DNA of 41,387 nucleotides from Phoronis australis (taxonomy: Eukaryota; Animalia; Phoronida). The position numbers were made by a program, and so were the translations under genes. This document shows, in pieces, positions 1-12,200 of the stretch (the stretch's first letter is position 1; every line of letters begins with the position of its first letter). The stretch spans positions 102,136-143,522 of the forward strand of contig NMRA01000790.1 of the NCBI GenBank assembly GCA_002633005.1. Direction: 5' to 3'. The notes beneath the pieces were generated by a model. That model worked only from the letters and a program-made list of their open reading frames with translations. It searched no databases and had not been told where the DNA came from.

Positions 1-3000
1 TTTGTGGTCACGTGCCGGGTACAGGCCCATGAGACAAGTTGCAGCAACAAACTCAGTACGAATCCATAAACCCTTTTACACGCACAATTAAATGCGCAAA
101 ACTGGTCCTGTATTTCTTAAACCTTTAATTTAATGCTCAAGCTATACAACGAGTGCGTGTTGAAACACAACATTGACCTTGGACCAAAGATGGACTCCTT
201 GCATCAGGACCCTAGTAAGCGAGGGGAGGGTGAGTGCCACCCAAAAAAATTGCATGCCTCAGGGTTAAACCATGGCAACAGACAAAGGTGTGTGGCTGGG
301 AAAGACAAAAAAGAAAGACTTCGAATACTGATCAGAGAGAAAACTCAAGATAACTTTGACAACTCGGTATCAGTGTATGGTTTACCATTTGAGGGCCCTG
401 ACCAGAACAATTGTTCTTAGGGTCTACGTTTTTACAGCATAGGTCGTCCAAGCGCTCTTGAAAATGTGCACTTAATCATTCATGCATGTATTTCGAAAAT
501 TCGAGAAAATTTGTGAAGCAAAAATTTTGCGGAGTGTATTAATTCAGTCCAAGTTTTTCAGTGGTCCATACGCGTTGCACTACAGGGGGGCTGAGGGGGC
601 TTTAGCCTGCACTTTTTTCAGTGCTGCGCCCTCTATACACCTCCGACATGACACTGCCAACTACTCACGAGGGGAAGTCGAGATTCCAAATTCATCAAAA
701 ACACAAAACATTCGTGCAGAAGCTGTCTTGTAAGAAATGGCGATGCGTCACTGAACTTAGTTGAAGGCTGAAGGCTAACTTGCAAAAATTCGATCCATCA
801 TCAGACCACCATATCGCAAAGAAGGACACTAAACGATAACAGTGATATTCATGAATGTATTGAATTAAAAACTAGATTAAAGAAATTCAAAAATTTAAAA
901 ACCGTAGATCGGATCGAAAAAGAAGTTCAAGTCATTGCTCATAAATTTGGAAAGATTGTCTTTGCATTTCCTTGATAATTGTCAGTTCCCAGTAGTATTG
1001 TGCAATGAATTTAGGTTCTTCTAAACCGAATCGTTTGCTTGACATTCCCGTGCATACTGCAAAGGCTGGACACGTCATGACTCAGTGACGCACTCACGTT
1101 AAAAATAAGGTGTAGTAATGCAGTAGGCTGCTTGCGTAGAATCCGCGCACAGTGATTGACGGGAAAAGAACTTGAACTGCAGGGGTTGAAATGTGTGCAT
1201 TGTTGGGACACGCGTTCCATAGCATTTTCCCCAGCCGCCCGGCAGAAGCTGGACCAGTGGCTGTGTTTCAACAAGGAATTTTGATACAGCTCTATAGGCG
1301 AAGGATTTTGATATCATATTTTTCAAAAAAATCTTCAGGAAATGACCGTATTAAAATGAACTTTTCCCGAAACTGGGTCAAACAAAACGACCTTGGAGCC
1401 AGCTAACACGGGTATAGGTTCGAGTTAAGCCGCACGTCTCAAATGAATCATAGCGGAGCTGACCAGCGACTAGCATTAGTTCGTCGAATTGCGCATGCAT
1501 GGATCAGACTTCCCGGAGACTCGGACGCCACGACACCGGCCACCGTGGCGGGAGCAGCTAATTTCTTGACTAACACCTGCTTCTAAATGTGGATTTAAGC
1601 AAAATGACAAAGACCACGCTTACACACATGCAAGCGTATCCAAATACAATTAAATGTATTTTCATGTGAAACCATTCAATGTTCTCGCTTTGAACATTGA
1701 CTTGTGTGAGTTATTAATTTTCTTAGATCTGCCCAATCAGGTAGAACTGCGTTTCAAGTCATTCACTATAGGCACCTGAGGGTTCAGTTTGGAAGCTCGT
1801 GTCGTATGACGTCATATGACGTAGGAGATGCGAGCCTCATTTGCATATATTAGTGACACCTGTTGGTTCGAAAAAGAGGATCATGCTCGAGTACATGCCT
1901 GGGAAGAGGCATCTTTTGGAAGGGTAAAACATGTCATGTTCAAAGCATCCTAGTGCCATTAATATGCAGTCTTTGGGGACCAAAGTGGTGTCATTTTATA
2001 GCTAAAGAGTTAAGCTTTCAAACACAATGCTTGGATTTCAGACGACTACAACATTTACTTTTGAAATCACTTTTGAAAACACGTTAACATGCGCTAAAAC
2101 AGTTGTCCCTTCCTGGTTATCTCTTCCTGGTAGTAGCAATAAAAAACTGTGGCAATGTTCTTTGATACTTTACTCTTGCACTTAAGTTTAATTCAGTCGT
2201 ATTACCAGTATTTACTGGTACCCTTATGTCACTATAATAAATAAATACACACACACCAGTGTTTTTACTTGCCTCATTTAAAATTCGTCTGCCATCAAAG
2301 TCAAATCCTTTTAGGTTAGGTGTACTGCAATTTTCATATTTTGGATATTAAGGAAAAGGCATAGAATTGCAATTTTGGTTGAGTATTTGTATTCAATCTA
2401 CCATTCACAGTAACCCTTTACATACATACTGTTTAGTGTAGTATTATTTTTCTTTATCCCGAGCTCGACGCTAAACATAACGTCAACTCATCAGTTGCTA
2501 CGTAGCAAAAATCCCTGGTCACCAAATGCGAACTAAGGTGACCAAACGTCGCTGACAAGTGCTGAAAATGAAGTACCTGGAGCACAGGCTCGTCTCCTAA
2601 GGCAGACAATGTAATTCGAATCCCTCCAATTGTGCCAACTCGTTCTGAGTTCCATCTGTTTCAGGATTCTCCCTTAATGATAATTCAACTATTGCGCAAA
2701 AGCCCGCCTCGTGTTTTTGTATCCTAATTCCCTTTCTGTTAATTTGCTGAACAGGAAAATTACAATTAGTCACACATTTTTTTCATTTGCGAGGCATATC
2801 ACATGCGCGCATCCAAGGGGGCTCGAACGAGCCCCTCCATTTTGCGAAATGGGCAAAAAGTCCGAGAAAACGAGGTCCACTTCAAAAAATTATTGTACAT
2901 GTAGGCTGGGTGCACGCATGTATCACTGTCATTTCACTGCGAAATAATAAAAACCAGCACCACCATGCAATTCTATGCCAATCATTTGTCTTGTAACATT

Positions 3001-3421
3001 GCGTAATATTTCTAAACAGTGCGTAACCATGTTTGACTGCATTGATGTAGAACTGTGAATCCTGGGTAGCACTGCATCCTGGGTAACACTGTACAGCGTA
3101 ACTTAGCATCTTGACATTTTGTAGCTGAATTATACAACTCTGTGGATTTTGTACCTGTCGCAGCCTAATTAAAGATTTCTAAAATTTCAGTTGATTGAAA
3201 TCTATAATGCCCATTTTGTGGAAGTGCATAGCTTTTAACAAACGTTGAGTATGTAACACAATAACCATAAACTTTTACAAAACAGACTAGGTGGATTCAG
3301 TGTTTTTTCAAATGCTTTGCTGTCGTGCATTTGGCTCACACTAGCTACAGTAGGAACCAAGGCGCTAGCATGGCATACTTTGTGTAATTGTCAATAAGTT
3401 CCTACTCTTTTGCTCTTTCAG

Positions 3422-3787
3422 ATGTTGTTTCTGCAGGTAGTGTGCGTTCAACTGATGAAGTCATTGGTGTCAACGGTGGAAACGTTACTTTGAGGATTAG
3501 TTTTGTTGTGGAGAGTGGTCAACACCTATCATTTATCCAACTGCTTAAAATCTCAGCAAATAGTGAAATATTTAACACTTATTACATCGGTCCACAGGGT
3601 CCAAGTTTTTTTGACGGAGCTTTTAACGTTAACTATTCATCTCGTGCTTCAACTGACTATTCTGCTGGAAAAACCGACTTCACAATCACTTTGTCACAGC
3701 TTACTTCTGATGATGAAGGACAGTACAAAGTGAATGTTTTTTACGAAGCGGACATGGAATCTTCATATACCCGGCTTGTTGTAGACT
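3422..3787 (+). CDS. Exon encoding an Ig V-set-like domain lacking the canonical Cys pair (IgSF surface protein)
   Basis: Acceptor ctcttttgctctttcAG (3421) and donor GTAAGT (3788); 366 nt, phase 1-1. Translation has G-x-NVTL (B strand), FTITLSQLTSDDEGQYKVNV (E-F strand, D-x-G-x-Y motif) and TRLVV (G strand). A second in-frame acceptor exists at ctgcAG 3436. Confidence 0.88.
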
Positions 3788-3857
3788 GTAAGTAGTGTTT
3801 TGGTGGCATGGCTATGGTACTTTGTCGTTTATTTTGCGTCAAAAATAATTGCCAAGA

Positions 3858-6800
3858 TTGTCATTTTTCAATTTTGCAAAGGCTGATGAACTTGCTTTCA
3901 ATATTAGAAATAGAACCAAATATTATTTTATGACATCAGTACCGAACAAAAAGTTAATAACTGACTATGATTGGTTGATGAATTTGAGAAATTGATCTGT
4001 TTGTCTGCCATATTATGTGCGAAATAAATGAAGACTTAACGTATTCATGTTTGCTACAGAATGGAACCTCTAGTTAACTTTAAAAGCGATACCTTGCGTG
4101 TTTATTGTGGAAAAAAACATTTTAGAGACCCACCGCATAGAAATTTGTTTACTACTTTTTGAATCTCCCGCCAGGCACAGAGCAGCTCCGTATGTACCCA
4201 CAGTCCTTTCATTAACTGAGTGGCTATAATATTGGGTAGACTAGGAGTGCATGAAGCATAGAAAGATGCCGTTGAAAACGTTTAAGACAAAATTGTAGCT
4301 TTGATCCTGAGACAGTTTTTTGGGTCTGCGTGCACACGGTCGTTGAGAACGAATGCACCAAGTCCGAGTCTCCGCCCGGCAGGTTTTTTTCAAGAACATA
4401 GCAAGTTGTGAAAATAGGTATATCCTCACATAACTTCATTGATTTCATCGTTTATTTGACGTTTCTCTGCTTCCATCACGTATCCATTTCGCGTTTTCAC
4501 CACCGTCTCGATTTCTATTCTCTATTTTGTTTTTGGTTTCTAGATATCAGTCTCTATGGCGCGTGCTTCATCTGTTGCGTATCGCAATGGACTATTGACC
4601 TACTTACTGCTGACTCCGACTTTGACCTAGGTTAACTCGATTTACTGAAGTCTGACATGCAAATTATAAACGGTTTAGCAATAATTAAGTTAAGTACCCA
4701 CTTTCATTTGCATTTGACGTTGGGAGCGAATGTCGAAATAACGAACACTGTTAAGCATGTAAAGGTTATATTGACGAAAAAACATGTTTCCACTGAATGA
4801 TTATGCGAAAACCGAGAGATTTTGAAACTTGTGGCATTTTCTCGGCTTCGGCAAATCAACAAAATTTCAAATTAGGAATGCGAATTCTCGAGCACGTTTC
4901 GGTGGATTTCACTGAAACTGTCCAATTTTTGTAAATATGTATAACTCTCAAAAACACTGTTTAAACCCTTAAATTTGTTGTACTGCGCCATAGACGAATA
5001 AGACTGCTATTTTTCACAAAAATGGCCTGTGTTTTACGAGCTAATTTGACGTAGGAAACAAACTAATTGAGTACTCAAAAATTTTTAACAGCGTTTTTCT
5101 GAAGATATCGGTAACTTTTCGTTTGAAGAAGGTTTCCATTAAATCGACTATTGGATGTTTATGGCACCTTTGTTAAAAAGGAATCTTTGATTTCAAATTA
5201 GTACCCCAGATATTTCTATTTATAGATTAGAAAAAGGCTGATTAACCACAAGAGCATACATTTTCAGATCGCTCCAGTGACTTCGTTTTGTTTCATTTAT
5301 CGACAAAATATTAAAACATATAACCAGAAGACCAATTCGTCCATCCCAATGATACAATTCACATTAATATCTGACATCTGCAAAGTAGAGAAAAAAAATA
5401 ATTGACTGTCGTGTAGTTACCGGCTGACTGCACGTTTTGTTTTAGCGAGTCATCACCGTGAAATCTGTATTTGCGTGTTCAAAACATTTACGCGACGTTC
5501 CGTGCTCTTACACAACAAATACAGATAGCCAAATCTTTCCGCCGTCAATTAGTATGTTTTTCAAAGTATATTTCCAATTAGGACATACTGAAATTTTGGT
5601 ATGAAAATCTTAAATTTTCGTACTTTTGGACTGGCGTGTATCATACCACTGAAATTCATGTTGACAAAAAGCTCGTGTGATCGTCTATTCAATGCCAGAC
5701 TTTATAATTTAATGTTATTCACGGTGCGAATGCTCGGCTGAGAATATGCGGGCTAGATCTACTTGAAAACAAATATAGCGACGACATTACCGCTGTTGAT
5801 GACACTGACGATTTCTACTCCAGTGATACGGAGTGCTGAAATAGGCCTTGTGCCTTTTAAATTGTGAATTAGTATTTTGTAACTAGTGATTTTTTATCAT
5901 TTGTTAACGAAAACAATAGTACTTGAACATGAAGTTGGCGAGATGAACAAGTCATTCTGGTCTCGATACACACGGAAAATCCCCAACGGAAATCTGCATC
6001 GTGAAACACGACCCGTAGTCAATTTGAGGGGACCTTCGTGCATATTAACTCAATTCTTAACACTATTTACGCATCCTGCTTCTATTGATGATGACAAAGA
6101 AGGCTGACCAGGTACCATTGCATTTCATTTACTGACAATTAGCAGTGGCACTTACATGTATGAACCTTTCACTGTACATGTTTATATCATGCAAGAGTCC
6201 AAGTATGTGGGAAGAGGCCTAACAGTTATTCAACAGAAAGGGAATTTATTGTAGTCTGTCTTGAAACTTTTAACTCATTTCTTTTCTTATTTACAAATTG
6301 ATGACTCATATTTTGTGTTTTTGGTCAAACCTTCACTCTCGTGTATATATTTTCGAATATTTCCAGAATGACTTTATTCTTTGTGATTTTATGAAGACTA
6401 AACGCTGAAATTTCCGTGCAGTTTTATTGTACTGTTTTGCTTCTATGATTTGTTTATGTCTTGTAGTTTCGCTGGTTTTAGAACAATATTATCATGATGC
6501 AAATTTGGGAATTACGGCGTTGTCCCGTTGATCCCAACGTGTTCGAATCTATAGCCCAACAACAAGTTGGATGACCCCTGTAGCCAATATCTTACATGGC
6601 TGGTTAACTCCATTCTGGCATTTATGGTTGGAGGGCCAGCTCTGTTTTGTTCGATAATTGCTCTAATCTCCAATAAGATGGTATCTAGCTTGACTAGGCT
6701 GTGCTGTTAAAAATAGAAGTTAAGTTATAAGAAATTTGAACATAAACCAATAGCAATTCTGAATTCCTGGTCAATTGTTGATCATGTTTGCTTTTTAGAT

Positions 6801-7176
6801 CGCCTATCTACAACCGAAGTTACAACAATCTATTCTTTGGGAACTACCAATTCACTCTGGGTTTGACTTTGTTGACACGTAGTCTGTAATAAACCTGGTA
6901 GATAATTGGCCTGCCTGTTGCCATAACAGGCAAAAGACTGTGCTTGGCAGTAGATTAATTATCACCCTCTACGTCTGGCAAAGTCGCGAGAGAACGCCGC
7001 CGTGTCTGAAGCGATTCCCGATCAACATTTCAAAAATTTCCTGAAGTCTTATTGGCCAGAAAAGTGGGATGATTCTAGACATAAAACTCAATTTAAAAGT
7101 TTACACAACATTCTTTTCCTGCTTGGTTATGAGTTAATGATTAAGTAAAGACGCTTCTGGGCAAAAGTTCGTCAAT
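3858..7176 (+). repeat. Copy 1 of a 2.2-3.3 kb direct repeat (5' part of the V-C2 intron)
   Basis: Starts ttgtcatttttcaattttgcaaaggctgatgaacttgcttt, also seen at 15118 and 20348; colinear to gcttctggg..aagtt..tcaat. Segments at about 4030-4570 and 6510-7005 are absent from copies 2 and 3. Confidence 0.9.
6511..6735 (+). mobile_element. Possible tRNA-derived SINE remnant
   Basis: B-box-like GTTCGAATC at about 6541, followed by about 170 bp of body and a short repeated tail (gaagttaagttataag); segment missing from paralogous copies 2 and 3. Confidence 0.3.
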
Positions 7177-8425
7177 GGTCGCGTTGTAGGATTCTGGATT
7201 TTTTATGTTCTTATGCATAACTAGAAAAGTAATGAAGGCAGAAGTTTCATCTTTGCTGTAGCGATGGTATGGGAACGCATGGAATATTTTAGGCTTGAGG
7301 TGGTCAATGCAACGTAATTTCGTAACATTATTGTACGTCGAACTGTTTTAGAAATGACAGTAACTTTCTACGAGTCTTTGAATACTGCTTCATTATTTTC
7401 TTTTAAGCTTAAATTATCTTGCTCAACTAGATACTTTGAATTCTGAAGTTGTTATATGAACTATCTGCCTGATAGATTACCTTACAAAATGATTGCGGAT
7501 ATCGATTTCTTTGACGTCTGATGACAATACACGCATCGTACGACTGGTAACAATTAACTTGGTCCAGCGTTGTTTTCGGATTTTCATCCAGCTGGACTGT
7601 AACACTGAAACGTCTCTTGACTTGTTTGTGTAAAAGTCGCCCTAAATCTGGAGTTTGACGTCATATTTGTGTTGGTTGGCTGTAACTTTACACAATTCAT
7701 AAGTTCATTCAATTTTACCGTTATGAAATAGTCAAATGGAAGTTGATAAACCGGGGTCAAAAGTTAACTTGAAGTAGCCACTAGAGAACGACCAACAGAC
7801 AATTCTTTGTTTGTTTGGCCAAAGTTCATTTCCTAAGTCATAAAATGATGATTTCCAACTGAGGGTACACACATATATAATAATCCAAATTGGCCGTCTA
7901 AGCTTGATGATCAGTTTGACGTCCCAACAGACCACAGAGGCGACTCAACAAACGACTGCTAGCAGACTGTGACTGGCCTGCTGCTGGTCGGCTACACGAC
8001 CGGTCGTCAAACGATTTCTGACGTGTCGGAAAAAATCTTATTGTGTGTTTTTCTTCCAGAAATATTCTTTTACTGATGGATTAAAACCTATAGTTGTCGA
8101 GACATTTGACTAAATACAAAGACTTGTCGAAAAGTTCTACTATGGTTTGTCATTGCTGTGCTCACATCCTGAACCTGATGGACGGGCCACAATACATTAC
8201 TGTTTTCATGCCGTTGTGGCCCATTTTTTGTTGTGAATAGTGCGTAAAATGTGCACAAATACAGCGCGGTAAGAAATCTACTGAAACGGCACGTTTTACC
8301 ACCCGAAATTGCGTTTCAATGCATGTCAGAATTTTGTGCAAGTGTCAGGGTGACTTTAGGTATCTTCATCAGTTGTAACTAGATTAGTAGCTTGGTGATG
8401 TAATGCGCTTGTTCTCGTTTCGCAG

Positions 8426-8749
8426 TCCGTCCAAGTACACCATCTATATCTGGAGCCCCGACTGAGCCTGTTCTTGGTGGAGCAGCACCAATTGTCCTAC
8501 AGTGTGTAGCCAACTTGGGCAAACCACAGGCATCTATGGTGTGGTCACGTCGGATTGGCAGCGCTGCTTACACGAATATTACTGTGGGTACTTCCAAAAT
8601 AACCAATAACAGCGATGATGGAACCAGTAGCGGCACCAGCGAGCTGACGGTCAACTTGGATGCTGCTGATAACGGTGTACAGTTCAGATGTCAAGTGTCC
8701 AACAGGCAGGCTACTTTGTCAGCTGAAACTGGGGTCATTGAGGTGTCTG
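8426..8749 (+). CDS. Exon encoding an Ig C2/I-type domain with canonical Cys and Trp
   Basis: Acceptor cttgttctcgtttcgcAG (8425) and donor GTAAGT (8750); 324 nt, phase 1-1, in frame with the V exon. Translation RPSTPSISG...IVLQCVANLGKPQASMVW...SELTVNLDAADNGVQFRCQVSN is the CD80-like C2 pattern. Confidence 0.92.
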
Positions 8750-8789
8750 GTAAGTCACTACTTAAGTCGTGTTAAAGCACTTAGTCCTG

Positions 8790-9213
8790 TTTTCAGGCAA
8801 CAACTTGCATTATTAAAAATAAGGTAAACAATGTTCTTAAAGGGGCTGAGGATGAGTATTACGACCAAGTTATAAATGAAAACAAATCTAACAGAAAATC
8901 TCTCTGGAAAATCATGAGATCAATTTTACCTAACAAGTCCAAATCTGTCGCAAATGAATTTCTAATTGGTAACGATTTTGTTTCGGACAAAACTAAAATA
9001 GCAAATGCATTTGCTGACTTTTTTACTGGCATTGGCCAAAAACTTTCTGAAAAATTCAGTATGTCGACTATTGAGCTCCCGCCGAAGATACAGGAGGGGA
9101 TATCGTTTAAGTTTCAAGACATTCAAGTCGATTACGTCCCAGAACAAATGAAAACTCTGAATTCTAGTAGTGCCAGTGGCATCGATAGCATTGATGCCAA
9201 ACTATTCAAATTG
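8790..9213 (+). mobile_element. Non-LTR retrotransposon (CR1/L2-group) ORF2 fragment, endonuclease-RT linker
   Basis: Translates KNKVNNVLKGAEDEYY..INENKSNRKSLWKIMRSILP...IANAFADFFTGIG...FKFQDI...LNSSSASGIDSIDAKLFK, the typical pre-RT segment; truncated where the Academ sequence begins. Confidence 0.85.
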
Positions 9214-12200
9214 CGTACCTGTATTCGTCCTGTACAGATGATTGATGCGTCTGTAGCTAGTACAAGATACACGAGGGCCTATGTGCACATTCTGTATCTG
9301 CTTTGTTGTTTTTCATTACCACTAAGCTTAATTTAAAAGAAAAGTCAAAAACTAGGGCCTTGTGTTACCAAAATTCCACAACATGGAGTCATAAACAAAC
9401 ATGTATTACCAACTAAAGTAAATGTTTTCATTTCTTGACTTCTTGTTGAGTTGTTGCAATAAAATGTGTATGTACATGGATAAAGATTAAAGGAATACCA
9501 CATGTGTGAATGAGGGTTACAAGCCAAGAGGACTGACAAATGTATACTTAGTCATCATCTATATTTGGTTGTTCTTCACAGTCTTCAACGTCTGCCTGTT
9601 TGCTAGTGTACTGATTGCAGTAGATATCCCCTGTCTCACACTAGCAATACTCTGTGCAGGACAGGCCAGCGCCATTACAACTACAGTGAGTGTGTCGCTA
9701 CATGCCTTTCCTTCTGCACTGCAACTACAACCAACTACGTCCAATAGCGCCTGGGGCGCAACAGCTGGTGTTGAAACAGCTGGTGCTACTAAAGAGCCGT
9801 CTACTTTCCAGCCAAAGTTGGCAATACACTTAGTTTCCTCTGGTGGATCTCCGCGGTCAGCTCCCTTTCATAACAACATCTGAAGGTGTGCTCGGAGTAC
9901 GTGCAAGTACACATTGGCATCTGTTGGTGGAATTTTCTTCAGTGGTGGTGGCTTCTTTCTCTCTCGGTAGAACTGGGTACGGGCATCATTCATTGTTTGA
10001 GAACTCGTCTGCCCATACAAAGGTAAGAAGAATGCATATGCAGTTTCCAAAAGCTCATCGTTGGTTGCACCAGACTCTCCCAATACCTGGTCGAGGCCTG
10101 GAATGTTAGTTTCAAGTACTTTGAGGGCTGTCAGCTTTCCTTTTCCGCAATCGGACATAGCATGAATTTCTAGGAGCTGGCTGCACTTTCTGGGGTCTAA
10201 TTTCTGAACTGTTTCATTGATGTCCAAGATATCTCCATTCCATTTCTCCATTTGAATATTGGCATCAACACTCATTCGTGATGTCAAATAAATGAATAGC
10301 ACAAAGACAGCGGCGTCGTCACGGAGGATTCGGACATTGTGGACTCCTTCTTCCACCGCTTTTAACATGTAGCTACTGAGTGTGATGTCTGCTTCAGCAT
10401 GGGTAACTGTACAGTCGTTTTTGCCGACCAGCTCGATGTTATGTGGAAGAGGATGGCTACACAGAAGACTGTTGAGCAGGGATTTGCTCTTGGTATTTTG
10501 CAGAATAGTTTCTCGGCATGGAAAGGGAGTGTTTGGGGTTAGTAGATCTTCTTTAGTCTTTCCTCGTCTTGACCTCTCATGATCCTTTGCACAAGGAGTT
10601 TCATGGTCATAGCTGTCGAATAGAACTATTTTCTTTGAAGCTGGTGGATAGTGGGCTAGTCGTGTACCAAATCTTGCCGCTAAATGTCCTGTAGTCCCGT
10701 AGACTGGCCAGACTACATGATACAGAAGCTGACCAGCATCAATCAATTTCACGTCTGGAACAGAAGGGTTTGCAACAGAGACACCGAGAGACTTGGCCAG
10801 GATAGCCTTATCACCCTTCCTAAGGCAGCCGTATTCATCAATCAGGGATGTAGGTACTGGACTTAGCTCGTGCTGAAAGACATCTGCCATATCAATGTTC
10901 CGTTGCTGCCCCACAACTAACAGGCGACTAAACAGCGTCTCCATGTCGTAAATGGCCTTCCCCTTGACAGTTACAGGCTTGTTCAGCAGCTCCATTGTTT
11001 TCACTTTTTCTTGATTGTTTTATGAAAATCACTGCTTAGCGAAGCGTTGAACTGGCTACTCTGCTCACTCCCGATAGCCAATGCATCCTGGACATTCACT
11101 ATGTCTGAAGCTACTTGGCCATTGATTCTATGTTGTATAGAAACGGTTGTTGATCAGTAAGGGGGTGTCGGTGTTTTGTTAGTTCCTCTGAAATCTTTAT
11201 CCGATCTTCTTCGTCAAGTTTCCTTTCTCTCTCTCCTTCCTCCTTGTGCTTAGCCATTTCTTCATCTACTACTCTGTGTTCCTTCTGCTGTCCTCCAGTT
11301 TCATTGTACATGCACTCCATTGCAATGTTAAGGTGGGTACACACATTGAAACTGTTTACCCACACAGCCACCTGCTTGGCACTTGTTGAGATGCCCTTCA
11401 TACCTCCAGCACTTTTCCCCCGCCTGATGTATGTCTGTTCTCCAAACTGATCTGCTGGCACTGCAGTTCCTCTGTCGGAGTGTCGACAGCCGTGAGCACC
11501 TTTCAGTAAATCTGCATTGGCATTCTCAGTGTACCAATACAACCCAGGAAACTCATAAGAGTGTGCATCGTATCCGAGTGAAGTACGACGTTGCTCCAGC
11601 GGAGAGGGTCGCTCCACTGTATTAGACATGCAGTTTGCTATAACTGAAGGTCAACAGTGAGATGAATGAACTGCATTCCAAAACTGTTAAGAGTGCGCTT
11701 AAGATACCCAAGAGTTGTCATTACTGTGTTTGGGTGAGCAGGAGGCGTGTCGATCATCGGTCCGAAGATGTAAAGTGTCTTGGGCTTCTGGTTCGCACCT
11801 GTCACCACTCGGTCTTGCTTAGAATTAAAGCCTGCCCACTCAAGTGGTCTGTCATTCAGGTGGACATGTGACAACCAAGCAGCATCTCGCTGGTGACTGA
11901 ACATGACTGCCTGAGACTGAAGCTGCACCTCCTCAGCAGAGAGAAATTTCTCCGGAAGCAAAGGAGGGTTCACTTTTGAAGGTCCAGTGTAGTGTTCCAG
12001 TTGTAGACATTGTTGAGAAACACGCATAGAGGAGGCCTCGTGTTTTGTAAGTCGGGGAATATTCAGCTGTATCACCCCAATGTTTTCTAAATTGACAATG
12101 CTTAGAGGGTGCTGGGAACTCCATGACCATGGCGTGGGTGCTCTTCATCCCCTTGGGGCTTGTAATACACAAATCGTAATTGTCAACCCAGCTAAATATA

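Noticed and set aside
3290-3395. Hydrophobic frame LLSCIWLTLATVGTKALAW as the signal peptide
   Set aside because: No in-frame ATG, ends in a stop before the V acceptor, and no suitable phase-1 donor with adequate intron length.
4680-5650. Kolobok-like non-autonomous element within the repeated intron block
   Set aside because: General resemblance only (ggcaccttt..ttaa end); I could not pair TIRs or find a TTAA TSD, so it is not called.
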